64,000 nucleotides of DNA, taken from the NCBI GenBank assembly GCA_965116885.1, contig OZ220741.1:4160001-4224000 (forward strand). The letters run 5' to 3'. The stretch's first letter is position 1; each line of letters opens with the position of its first letter. Positions 8,607 through 18,000 of the stretch are shown one piece after another. The translations under genes were made by a program, and so were the position numbers. The notes below the pieces were generated by a model. The model did no database searches. It was not told the DNA's origin and was given only the letters and a program-made list of their open reading frames with translations. This DNA comes from Candidatus Latescibacterota bacterium. GTDB lineage: Bacteria; Latescibacterota; UBA2968.

Positions 8607-9454
8607 TAAAAGCGCACCAGGCACTTTGGCCTATCGCCACGCAATGCCGAGTCTTGGGTGTCTCCCTCAGCGGGTATTATGCCTGGCGAGCACGTCCACC
8701 CTCTAAACGAGCAAAGGTTGATGTGGACCTGAAGAAGCATATCGAAGCCTTTCATACCCGATCAGATGGTACTTATGGTGCCCCTCGCATTTGGAAAGAT
8801 CTGATGGATATAGGCATCCTTGTAGGCAAGAAGCGCGTGGCGCGTCTGATGCGTGAGATGGGTATTTGTGGCATAAGCCGCAGAAAGAGCACGCAAACGA
8901 CGTGTAAGGTGCAACAGTCTGATAAGGCTCCCGATCTGGTCAAGCGTGACTTTGCTGTGGCAACGGTCAATAAACTCTGGGTAGCCGACATCACCTACGT
9001 ACCCACTTGGTCGGGCTTCTTGTATCTCAGTGTTGTCATAGATGCCTTCTCCCGCCGCGTCGTGGGTTGGGCAATGGCAACACACCTGCAAAGTGAGTTG
9101 GTCTTGTCAGCTTTGAATATGGCCCTTTACCAGCGTCGTCCCGAAGGCGTGATCCACCACTCTGATCAGGGGGCGCAATATACCTCCATCGCATTTGGAG
9201 AGCGTTGTCGTGAAACTGGCGTACGTCCTTCAATGGGGGTTGCTGGCGACTGCTATGACAACGCGCTGTGCGAGAGCTTCTTCGCCACGCTTGAATGTGA
9301 ACTGATCAATCGCCGATCCTTCCGTACGCACAAGGAAGCCCGCTTGGCTATCTTCTCCTACATTGAAGGATGGTATAATCCACATCGCAGGCATTCTTCC
9401 ATCGCCTACTATGCGCCGATAGCTTATGAAAAACTGCATCTATCACGGGCTTGA
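8603..9454 (+). CDS. IS3 transposase OrfB (DDE integrase core)
   Basis: WVADITY, HHSDQGAQY, DNALCESFF, YNPHRRHS. Confidence 0.95.
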   Translation: MIKAHQALWPIATQCRVLGVSLSGYYAWRARPPSKRAKVDVDLKKHIEAFHTRSDGTYGAPRIWKDLMDIGILVGKKRVARLMREMGICGISRRKSTQTTCKVQQSDKAPDLVKRDFAVATVNKLWVADITYVPTWSGFLYLSVVIDAFSRRVVGWAMATHLQSELVLSALNMALYQRRPEGVIHHSDQGAQYTSIAFGERCRETGVRPSMGVAGDCYDNALCESFFATLECELINRRSFRTHKEARLAIFSYIEGWYNPHRRHSSIAYYAPIAYEKLHLSRA

Positions 9455-9505
9455 TACACAAGCCCTAAACTCTCCACCGAAGCGGGGTAACTCCAATACT
9501 ACTGC

Positions 9506-9533
9506 TTGACAGAGAGAGAAATAGCTCTATATT
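9506..9533 (+). promoter_or_regulatory. Sigma70-like promoter upstream of the SLATT-like gene
   Basis: TTGACA-N16-TATATT. Confidence 0.4.
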
Positions 9534-9645
9534 TTTTAGAAACTACACTTAAACTTTTCTTTTTTGAAAAGAATTTCACACAAGTTATACTTTCAGTGCG
9601 TGTTGTGAATCGGCGAATATCGGGGACGGGAAGGGAAAATTTAAC

Positions 9646-10161
9646 TTGAACTATCAAAGCCTATACTGGGATGCCTTAATGCAACTCAGGGCCAGTGTTT
9701 ATTATTTACAAGCCTATCAGATACACTCTGAAAAATGGGATAACAGGATACAGATATTTTTGGCTATTACCTCCAGTTCAAGCATTGGTGGATGGGTTAT
9801 TTGGAATGAATATGGCATAATTTGGGGGTGCGTAATTGCCGTCTCACAAGTGATCAATGCCATCAAGGGATTTTTGCCATTTCAGAAACGAGCTAAGCAG
9901 ATCGGGAGCCTTAATACAGAAGTGGAAAAGTTGGCCTTGGATGCAGAAAGCCAGTGGTATTCGGTATTTGAAGGCAAACTTACCGACGAGGATATTTTCA
10001 ACCTCGTCACCAAACTAAAGCAGCAAAAACTGGAGGCATCACACAAGCATTTCAAAGATCAAGCTCTACCGACAAAATCAAAGTACATCACCGAAGCAGA
10101 GGAACGAACAAGGGCCTATTTTCAGACCTATATAAAGGCCTTTACAACAGGAGAGAGTTAA
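9646..10161 (+). CDS. Two-TM membrane protein, SLATT-like
   Basis: N-terminal helix, two hydrophobic segments (IQIFLAITSSSSIGGWVIW; IIWGCVIAVSQVINAI), then FQKRAKQ and a helical C-terminus; TTG start. Confidence 0.55.
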   Translation: MNYQSLYWDALMQLRASVYYLQAYQIHSEKWDNRIQIFLAITSSSSIGGWVIWNEYGIIWGCVIAVSQVINAIKGFLPFQKRAKQIGSLNTEVEKLALDAESQWYSVFEGKLTDEDIFNLVTKLKQQKLEASHKHFKDQALPTKSKYITEAEERTRAYFQTYIKAFTTGES

Positions 10162-10162
10162 A

Positions 10163-10396
10163 ATGGCTAAAAAAAAGAATTCCATGAGAAAAGAAGAACC
10201 ATCAGGGAATAGACGGACCTCAGCTACGTCCACTAAGCGAGACACCCGCCTAGTGTTCCAAAGCGAAGATCGGAATATACCTACTTTCGACGTAGGTCTC
10301 CCCATGCCCCAAGCAGCTAAGCCTCCTAAAGAAAGTGATGGAGCAGACTTGTCGCCAAGTCAGAGAGAGAAATCTTCGCCAGAGAAGCCTTCTTAA
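10163..10396 (+). CDS. Small hydrophilic hypothetical protein
   Basis: AGGAGAG RBS within the end of the previous gene; low complexity; followed by a hairpin. Confidence 0.45.
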   Translation: MAKKKNSMRKEEPSGNRRTSATSTKRDTRLVFQSEDRNIPTFDVGLPMPQAAKPPKESDGADLSPSQREKSSPEKPS

Positions 10397-10448
10397 GTGT
10401 ATCTTCAATGCGATGTGTTAATTTAATTTTAGATTGCGTTAATTTTAA

Positions 10449-10490
10449 CAAAAGACGGCCTTGAGTATTTGATCACTCAAGGCCGTTTGT
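10449..10490. terminator. Hairpin, probable terminator
   Basis: ACGGCCTTGAGT...ACTCAAGGCCGT flanked by A/T runs. Confidence 0.6.
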
Positions 10491-10727
10491 GTACTCAAGG
10501 TGGTGCGGTGTAAAACCGTTTGGTGCATCTTTGGATTGACCTGGGTGGCTACGGGATTTGTCAGGCACGGTACACAATTTTTGAGTATAATAATCTTTAT
10601 ACTCAAAAATGACCTTGAAAACCCCTGTTTTTTCGAGCAAATTGCAGATAGACATTTATCATTATATACAAAAAGAGGAGGGGGCGATTCGCCCGGTTCG
10701 ACAGCGCATCTATGGAGACACGACGCG

Positions 10728-10994
10728 ATGAAGAGAACATTGACTATTGACTACGGTAGCGAAGTCCTGCTGGCCCTCGGATATACACCTAAGCAGTTCA
10801 GCGAAGAGGCCAAGATCCTCATCGCCGTCAAGCTCTACGAGTTAGGCCGTTTGTCCTCGGAGGGAGCAGCCAAGCTGGCCGGCATTCCCAAGCCCTTATT
10901 TCTGACAAAGCTCGCCGAATACGGCGTCGATACCTTCCAACTGACTGAGGACGACCTCCAACAGGACTTAGATAGTGCCCGTCGTCATCTGTAA
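10728..10994 (+). CDS. UPF0175-family antitoxin-like protein
   Basis: Start reassigned to MKRTLTIDY after GGAG; AVKLYELGRLSSEGAAKLAGI...FLTKLAEYGV. Confidence 0.85.
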   Translation: MKRTLTIDYGSEVLLALGYTPKQFSEEAKILIAVKLYELGRLSSEGAAKLAGIPKPLFLTKLAEYGVDTFQLTEDDLQQDLDSARRHL

Positions 10995-11004
10995 TACTTC
11001 TCCA
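10975..11004 (+). pseudogene. First 10 codons of a DUF3368/PIN-type toxin
   Basis: GTG-PVVICNTSP overlaps the UPF0175 stop and matches the VIxNTSPL start of the usual partner, then similarity ends. Confidence 0.55.
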
Positions 11005-11018
11005 GATGGGAAAACAGC

Positions 11019-11627
11019 ATGCATATTTATATTGTATTCGCGCACCCGAGTAGGCGATCTTTTACGGGTGATGTGCTTGTAGAATTTTGTCGTGGGTTGG
11101 AGGATGGGGGCCACTCGTATGAGATAGGTGATTTGTACGAAATGGATTTCAGGACTGATATGAGTCTGGACGAATACAACCGGGAGATGAATGTGTATGG
11201 CAATCGTCCGGATTTGCCCGTTCCCCCTGATGTGCAAGCTGAACATGCAAAGATTGAGAAGGCTGATGGCTTGGTGTTCGTATTTCCAAATTGGTGGAGT
11301 GATTGTCCGGCAAAATTGAAGGGATGGTTTGATCGGGTCTGTGTCTGTGGATATACGTATGTGTATGAGAACGAGGAATATCCGATGTCTGGACTCGAGG
11401 TTGATAGGGCATTGGTCTTGTGTACTGCGGGTCACACATGCGAGCATCTCGAAGAAACCGGTATTTTGGAGAGTATGCGGTGTATTTATCTCAATGATCG
11501 CCTTCGCCCTGAAATAGGCGTGGCATGGACGGATATGGTTGTGTTGGGAGGTATGGGAGAAGTCGAAGAGAGTATAAGGCAGGAGAATCTCGTAAAGGCT
11601 TATCAGTTGGGAAAGGAGTTTTGCTGA
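11019..11627 (+). CDS. NAD(P)H-dependent oxidoreductase, flavodoxin-like (MdaB/KefF family)
   Basis: VFAHPSRRSFT, DLYEMDF, ADGLVFVFPNWWSDCPAKLKGWFDRV. Confidence 0.9.
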   Translation: MHIYIVFAHPSRRSFTGDVLVEFCRGLEDGGHSYEIGDLYEMDFRTDMSLDEYNREMNVYGNRPDLPVPPDVQAEHAKIEKADGLVFVFPNWWSDCPAKLKGWFDRVCVCGYTYVYENEEYPMSGLEVDRALVLCTAGHTCEHLEETGILESMRCIYLNDRLRPEIGVAWTDMVVLGGMGEVEESIRQENLVKAYQLGKEFC

Positions 11628-11665
11628 AAGTATTCCGTCTATATGTTTGTCCACCAGATATTTAG

Positions 11666-11700
11666 CCCCACAAGTTTAATTGATTTTGTGGGGATTTTTT
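11666..11700 (+). terminator. Rho-independent terminator
   Basis: CCCCACAA...TTGTGGGG followed by a T run. Confidence 0.6.
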
Positions 11701-11816
11701 ATTTTTGCTAAACTATTTTTTTTGAAAAACATTTGATGTGTTTGACTGAGCGTCGTATTATTGGGAAAATGAATGTGTGATCGGTAAAGCTAAATTAACG
11801 ACTGAAAAGGTATAAC

Positions 11817-13232
11817 ATGCGCAGAGCGAAAATTGTGAGTACACTCGGGCCCGCGAGTTCTTCGGCGCGCGTGATAGAGCAACTGATTGGGGCGGGGGTG
11901 GATGTTTTTCGGCTCAATTTTTCACACGGCACGCGGGATGAACATGCGGAGAATGTTGGACGCATTCGGCAGATTGCGGATAACATGCAGCGCAGTGTTG
12001 CCATTTTGCAGGATTTGCAAGGTCCAAAAATGCGGGTGGGGAAACTCGCAGAGGATCCGATTGAGTTGAAGGAAGGCAACAGGCTGACGGTGACGACCCG
12101 CGAAGTGCCGGGCGATGCCGAGTGCGTATCGACAACTTATGCGGGGTTGCCCCGAGATGTGAAGCCCGCGGATCGCATTTTGCTCGATGACGGGCATATC
12201 GAGTTGATTGTGCGCGAGGTCTATCGCTCGGATGTCGTGTGTGAGGTTGTGGTGGGCGGGCTGTTAAAATCCAATAAGGGCATCAATTTGCCCGGTGTGC
12301 GTGTCAGCGCGCCTTCTCTGACAGTCAAAGACCGGGAGGACCTGGATCTGGGGATCGAATTGGGTGTGGATTATATTGCACTGTCTTTTGTGCGGGAACC
12401 CGACGATGTGCGAGAGGTTCAACATATTATTGAACGGGCAGAGAAGGAGATCCCCGTTATTGCAAAGCTGGAACGCGCTGAAGCCGTCGATCACCTCGAA
12501 GATATTCTCGATGTTGCCGACGGCGTGATGGTTGCGCGGGGCGACCTGGGCGTGGAATTATCACCTGAAGACGTACCGGTGATCCAGAAACGCGTGATTT
12601 CGGCGGCCAATCGCGCGGGGGTGTTTGTGATTACGGCCACGCAGATGCTGGAGTCGATGACCGATCACCCACGGCCCACGCGCGCCGAGGCGTCAGATGT
12701 GGCCAATGCAATTTTCGACGGCACCGATGCGGTGATGCTGTCTGGCGAGACCGCGATTGGTAAATATCCCGTTCAAACCGTGCAAATGATGGCGCGGATT
12801 ATTGAGAAGGCAGAAGCAAGTGTGGAACTCGCCCCGCCAATTTTAAATCTGGATGCATCGCTCTCTTTCCCAGATGCTATAGGGCAAGCCGCTGCTGCGG
12901 TATCGACTGCGGTATCTCCCAAAGCCATTGTCGCATTTACCCAGTCGGGATCTACAGCGCGTCTGATTTCAAAGCGCAGACCGCGCACGCCGATTATTGC
13001 GTTTACGCCCAGCGAGCGGATATGTCGGCGGTTGTGCTTGTGCTGGGGGGTTGAACCCCGTCAAATTACGCTGATCGACGATACGGATCGCATGGTAGCG
13101 GAAGTTGAAGCGCGTTTGCTCTCTGAGGGCAATGTGCGTTTCGGAGATACGCTGGTGATCCTGGCCGGTGCGCCCATCACGGCGCGTGCCGAGACCAATT
13201 TGTTGAAATTGCATCGGGTTGGGGAAATATAG
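11817..13232 (+). CDS. pyk: Pyruvate kinase
   Basis: KIVSTLGPAS, RLNFSHG, DLQGPK, VARGDLGVE, ATQMLESM, PTRAEASDVANA, MLSGETA. Confidence 0.98.
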   Translation: MRRAKIVSTLGPASSSARVIEQLIGAGVDVFRLNFSHGTRDEHAENVGRIRQIADNMQRSVAILQDLQGPKMRVGKLAEDPIELKEGNRLTVTTREVPGDAECVSTTYAGLPRDVKPADRILLDDGHIELIVREVYRSDVVCEVVVGGLLKSNKGINLPGVRVSAPSLTVKDREDLDLGIELGVDYIALSFVREPDDVREVQHIIERAEKEIPVIAKLERAEAVDHLEDILDVADGVMVARGDLGVELSPEDVPVIQKRVISAANRAGVFVITATQMLESMTDHPRPTRAEASDVANAIFDGTDAVMLSGETAIGKYPVQTVQMMARIIEKAEASVELAPPILNLDASLSFPDAIGQAAAAVSTAVSPKAIVAFTQSGSTARLISKRRPRTPIIAFTPSERICRRLCLCWGVEPRQITLIDDTDRMVAEVEARLLSEGNVRFGDTLVILAGAPITARAETNLLKLHRVGEI

Positions 13233-13237
13233 CTCTC

Positions 13238-15010
13238 ATGGGTGAAAAACTGATAGAAAATAAGGTCCTCAAATTGAGGGCCTGTTTTATACTAATCGCT
13301 CTGATGGCTGTTGTGCCAGCTCATGGGCAAACTTTATCTGATGACCCCATTGTGAGATGGCTACACATTTCGGGGCATCGGGCGATTTGGGGGGGAGAAC
13401 TGAAAGCGCTGATGGTCACGCGCGCTTCGCCCTGGTATGATTTTCTTCCCTGGATCCACGCACGCAGACACGATCCTTTGACACTTGCCTCTGATCTGAA
13501 AAAATTGCGAGTATATTACCGAGATTTGGGATATTTGGCAGTATCGGTGCATTCGACTATTGAGCAGCTTGGCCCAGATGAGATTGGGCTGGGGGTACAC
13601 ATTACAGAGGGGCCTTTGACGCGGATTTCCAGAGCGTCAGTAATTGGCGGTGAAGATATCGAGAACGCTTTTGGACAGCTTGAGGGCAAACCGCTATCGA
13701 GCGACCTCGTGAACAAGAGCGTGTCGGAGGCGGTAAGTGGGTTGCGGAACAAGGGCTATGCGTTTGTGCGCGCTGAGGTCGATACGACGATTGTGGCACA
13801 ACAGGCTGAACTCGTTCTAAAACTTGCACCTGGCCCTGTATGCAGCGTGGGCGTTGTGCAAATATCGGGGCACAAAGCCATGGCGGAAAATACGATCTTG
13901 CGCGGTCTCACATTTAAGCCGGGCGATCAATTTAGCGAAGAGGCATTGCAAAACAGCCAGTACCTGCTCTATCGTGCGGGAGTGTTTCGGTCTGTGGCTT
14001 TGGGATTGGCAGATAGCATAGCGCACGGCAATCGGGTAGATGTAGCTTTGCGCGTGTCCGAACGCCCCTTTCGTACGTTGCGCGTGGGCACGGGGTACGA
14101 CACGGATGAAGACTTGTGGGCCTCGGGTGCGTGGACACATCGCAATTTTGGAGGGGATTTCCGTCAGTTTAAGCTGTCTGGGCGCGTTTCCGGAAAGAAC
14201 AGGGAAGCGGTTATCGGCTTGCGGCAGGCGCATTTCAGGGGCAGTCGCAATTGGTTGAATGTCGGTGGGTTTGTGCAGCGCGAACGGCAGGCGGCATTCG
14301 TGCAAGAAGAGGTGGGGGGAAATATATCTATTGAGAGAAATCTTACGAGCGCAACAGATGTGATCGCGCAGTTCAGCGGTGGCGTAGTTGATTTTTCAGC
14401 TGATAGCGCGTTTGCCGAAATGAAGGCCGGATTGCTCAGGGATACGCGTGACGATATTTTTGACCCGCAATCGGGCATGCTCGCAAAACTCACCCTGCGC
14501 GAACGCGGGCGGTTTCTAAGGGCGGACAGCGAATTTTTGCAGGCGACGGCAGAGGGGCGATGGTTTCGTCGCATACCCTTGCGAAGTGTGCTGGCACTCC
14601 GCGTGCAGGGCGGCGTGATTTTTGAACTGGGCAAGGCGGGCGGCGTGCCCAATGTCGAACGGTTTTTTGCAGGGGGGCTCAATAGTGTGAGGGGATGGGG
14701 ATTGAATGAATTGGGACCAAAAGACCAGCAGGGCGAGCCAACGGGCGGTTTGAGCCGTGTGGAAATGAGCATGGAGATTAGAACACAGATATTTTTTTCA
14801 CTGGGTACAGCCGTTTTTGTAGATGTGGGCAATGTCGATGCGAAAGCGGGTGCGTTTAACCTCGGATCGCTTAAGTACGCTGTAGGCGCGGGACTTAGGT
14901 ATTTGAGTCCGGTTGGGCCCGTGAGATTTGATGTGGGCTACCGCCTGTCGGATGATATTACTGTGAAAAAACGAATCCAGTATCACATCAGTTTGGGACA
15001 GGCGTTTTGA
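13238..15010 (+). CDS. tamA: Omp85-family protein, TamA-like
   Basis: Signal peptide, POTRA-like repeats, RFFAGGLNSVRGW, GLRYLSPVGPVRFD, C-terminal SLGQAF; adjacent to a TamB-like gene. Confidence 0.85.
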   Translation: MGEKLIENKVLKLRACFILIALMAVVPAHGQTLSDDPIVRWLHISGHRAIWGGELKALMVTRASPWYDFLPWIHARRHDPLTLASDLKKLRVYYRDLGYLAVSVHSTIEQLGPDEIGLGVHITEGPLTRISRASVIGGEDIENAFGQLEGKPLSSDLVNKSVSEAVSGLRNKGYAFVRAEVDTTIVAQQAELVLKLAPGPVCSVGVVQISGHKAMAENTILRGLTFKPGDQFSEEALQNSQYLLYRAGVFRSVALGLADSIAHGNRVDVALRVSERPFRTLRVGTGYDTDEDLWASGAWTHRNFGGDFRQFKLSGRVSGKNREAVIGLRQAHFRGSRNWLNVGGFVQRERQAAFVQEEVGGNISIERNLTSATDVIAQFSGGVVDFSADSAFAEMKAGLLRDTRDDIFDPQSGMLAKLTLRERGRFLRADSEFLQATAEGRWFRRIPLRSVLALRVQGGVIFELGKAGGVPNVERFFAGGLNSVRGWGLNELGPKDQQGEPTGGLSRVEMSMEIRTQIFFSLGTAVFVDVGNVDAKAGAFNLGSLKYAVGAGLRYLSPVGPVRFDVGYRLSDDITVKKRIQYHISLGQAF

Positions 15011-15033
15011 ATCCGCAGATGGACGCAGATGGA
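15011..15033. repeat. Short intergenic CGCAGAT tandem repeat (copy A)
   Basis: ATCCGCAGATGGACGCAGATGGA; an inverted relative lies at 30895-30924. Confidence 0.55.
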
Positions 15034-15069
15034 AAAGTCAAAAGCAATGACTGAAAAGGCAGCAGTCAA

Positions 15070-18000
15070 ATGAACAGGCGAGCGAAATCAATAATCTGGA
15101 TTCTGGTCGGCGCGGGCATTGTACTGGCGGTAGGGGTGATGCTCGTCACCGGGGGCTATGCCAATGGTATTTTGCGCGATTTGGCGCAGCGCGCCCTGTC
15201 CCGGCAAGGGGATGAGGTCTGTCTGATTGGTGAGATTCAAGGCAATCCGTTGGGTGATTGTCGCATCGTTGGTGTGCAGATCGGAGATAGGGCGCGGGTG
15301 GATACGCTCGATATGACGTACAGTTTTTGGAACCTGCTTATAGGAAAAGTTGTGATTCATCGGCTGCGGTTGTCGGGAATCGAGATGCGACTTGATGCTT
15401 CTGATGAAGAGACCGAGACGCCGGTATGGGATGCTCCTCCCCCCCTGGATTTAGATATCGAGTCGCTGGAGATTGCGGATGCCAATGTCTTGGTTGATGG
15501 TACACAGGTGCGCGATATCGCGCTAAAGGGTGCTATTTTCGCGGGAAAATCTGAGTATCGTTTAATCCTGGAGCGTTTTCGTTCGGTGCAATTCGATCCG
15601 CCACTGGAGGTGACCAATCTATCTGGTATTGCCATTTTACAGGCCGGTCACTTGCGACTGAACGACGTGGCGTTGCACACCCACGGCTCTCGCATTTTGC
15701 TGCGCGGCAAGGTTTGGCAATTGGATAGTCCCGAGGTGGATCTCGTTGTGGAAGCCGATTCTCTATGGCTGGCAGATCTCAGGCCCCTGATTGATCTACC
15801 CACACGCGCGATGCAGATGCACGGAAACGTGAAAGGTGACCTACAATCCCTTGTTACAGAATTAGTTATGCAAGATGATGAATCTTTTGTCGAATTTAAT
15901 GGCGTCCTGGGGATTGCTCCGTTTGCTGTGCGCGGAGATGCGGTCTTTAAGATCGAGACCAATGATCTCATCTCGTTGGGATACACGGAATTTGATGCTG
16001 ATTTACCCCGTATCAGCACGAGTCTGGATGGAATGATCACTTTCGCAGTGGATTCCTCCGGCGTGGAGAGTGCCGTTGCTGAGGGTGTTTTTCGGCGCGT
16101 GCAGTTTTGGGATGCGCGATTCGATTCCGTGCGTTTTGCCATCAATTTGGCAAATGATCTGTTGCAAATGCAGGTCACCGCTAATGGGCCAAGTGGCAAT
16201 ATAGTGGGAAACGGGGAAGCGCGGTTGACCGCCTGGGATAGCGAGTGGAAAATGCAATTCCGCGATCTATATGCTGAACATTTACCCGGTGTACCCAAAA
16301 AAGTCGGGCGGGTGACGGGGCGTATTGGTGGTGCGAGATATGTAGATCAACGGCTTTTTATCGATCATTTTGAAACATCTTTACAGAGTTGGGGGACGCG
16401 CGTCACCGGAAATGGACGGATGCATTTTGAGGGAGACAAGCCAGCTATTGGAGGGAATATCCAAGCAGAGGTCGCGTTGCCCAGTTTGACGGGTGCAGAT
16501 AGGTGGGGCACATCGCTGACGCTTGGGGGTGATGTGGATGGCATCACAGGTGACGACTTGACCGTTGAATTGGCGGGAAATATTGTGGGAAATGCTGCGG
16601 CAGACAGTTTGCACATTTCTGCATTGATCAATTCTGAGGGAAAATCTGATATTCGCGTTGATCTGTCGGGCGCGGGTGGGGTGTTTTCCACTCAGGGGCA
16701 GATTGATCGACACGTTGAGGGCCAATGGCTAATGGATGTACAGAATTTAGAGGCGATAGGCGAGGTGATCGGTGTGGATTTGTCCGGAACGTTGGCCTTA
16801 TCCGGCACCTGGTCGGGAGCGTTGGATGCGCCTGGTTTTTCTGCACAAGGTGGCGCAGATAGCCTCGTTGTAACGGGCATCCCGCTACAAAATCTTACGA
16901 TTGAGACGCAGTGGGCGCGGCCTGATTCGGGTGCTATGAACCTGCAAGTGGATCGCTTGACCTGGGGTGAACGTTCATTGCAGAAGGTGTTTTTCGAGGC
17001 AGTGTACGCACAGGGCGAAACATCATTTTTGTTGGGTAACGGCGCGCAAGTAAATGACCAGATCCTTTTTCAGGGACGCGCAGGGCAAAAGGATGGGCAT
17101 TTACAGGTGGGGATGGATTCGCTGTACGTTAAGGTTGATCAGGTGGTGCTGCATAACGAGGGACCCGTGCGGTTCGCGTATTCGCCATCTCACGGCGTTC
17201 ACATTGAGCATCTGGTGCTTTCTGGGCCAGCAGGGCGTCTGGTCGCACAAGATCAACAGGGCTTTCAGGCGACTGTTGAAGTGTTGTTGAAAGATCTGGA
17301 CTTACGCCCCTGGGCATTTCTGGCGGGAGCTTCAGGTATGGGGGGTATTCTCAATGGTGAAGTGCTTTTTGCTGGCACATTGGCCGATCCCCTTATTTTT
17401 TTCCAATTCGATCTTGCAAAGGGCGAAATATCGAGTGTGGAGTTCGATAGCGCCACAGGAGAGATGTCTCTGGGCAATGATAGGATACATTTTGAGGTGA
17501 AAGTCGTACCCGATAGAGATGAAGTCCTGACACTGTTTGGTAGCCTTCCTATTGCAGGTACAGGTGATATGCATCTACGCGCTCGGTCTGAGGGGATCGC
17601 GTTGAGGACACGCCCGAACCTATCGGATGCAAAAACGGAATTGGTCGGAATAAAAAGATCCGAGAGATTGGTAGTTGGCACAGTGCCAAACGCGTTTTTC
17701 GGTGCCGCTGAGGGGATTTCAGGGATGTTATCGTTCGATCTGGAGGCACGCGGTCGTTTTGAGCAACCGGATATTCGGGGAGCGATCGAAATTCGAGATG
17801 GGGTATTCCACATATCCGATCTGAATCGGTCTTACGCACCTGTTTTTGGACGTGCTGCGGTTGGAGATGGAAAAATTCAGATTGACAGTCTTGCAATTGG
17901 GACTTCGGCGAATCTTTTCGGCGACATAATGCTCGAAGGGTTTTGGCCGAGCAGGTGGAATTTGTCTGCACAATTCCGCGATTTCGAACCGGTTGCCCGG

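Larger units (their letters stand above)
8240..9495 (+). mobile_element. IS3-family insertion sequence (1256 bp)
   Basis: TG...CA ends with imperfect inverted repeats TGGACTTGACCCGTTTTGGTGG and TGGAGTTACCCCGCTTCGGTGG (17/22); orfA/orfB in -1 arrangement; no clean target duplication. Confidence 0.95.

Noticed and set aside
10500..10727. N-terminal extension of the UPF0175 ORF, and TGGTGCGG as a reverse tRNA end
   Set aside because: The extension is unlike the family and an RBS precedes 10728; no T-loop or cloverleaf accompanies the TGGTG motif.
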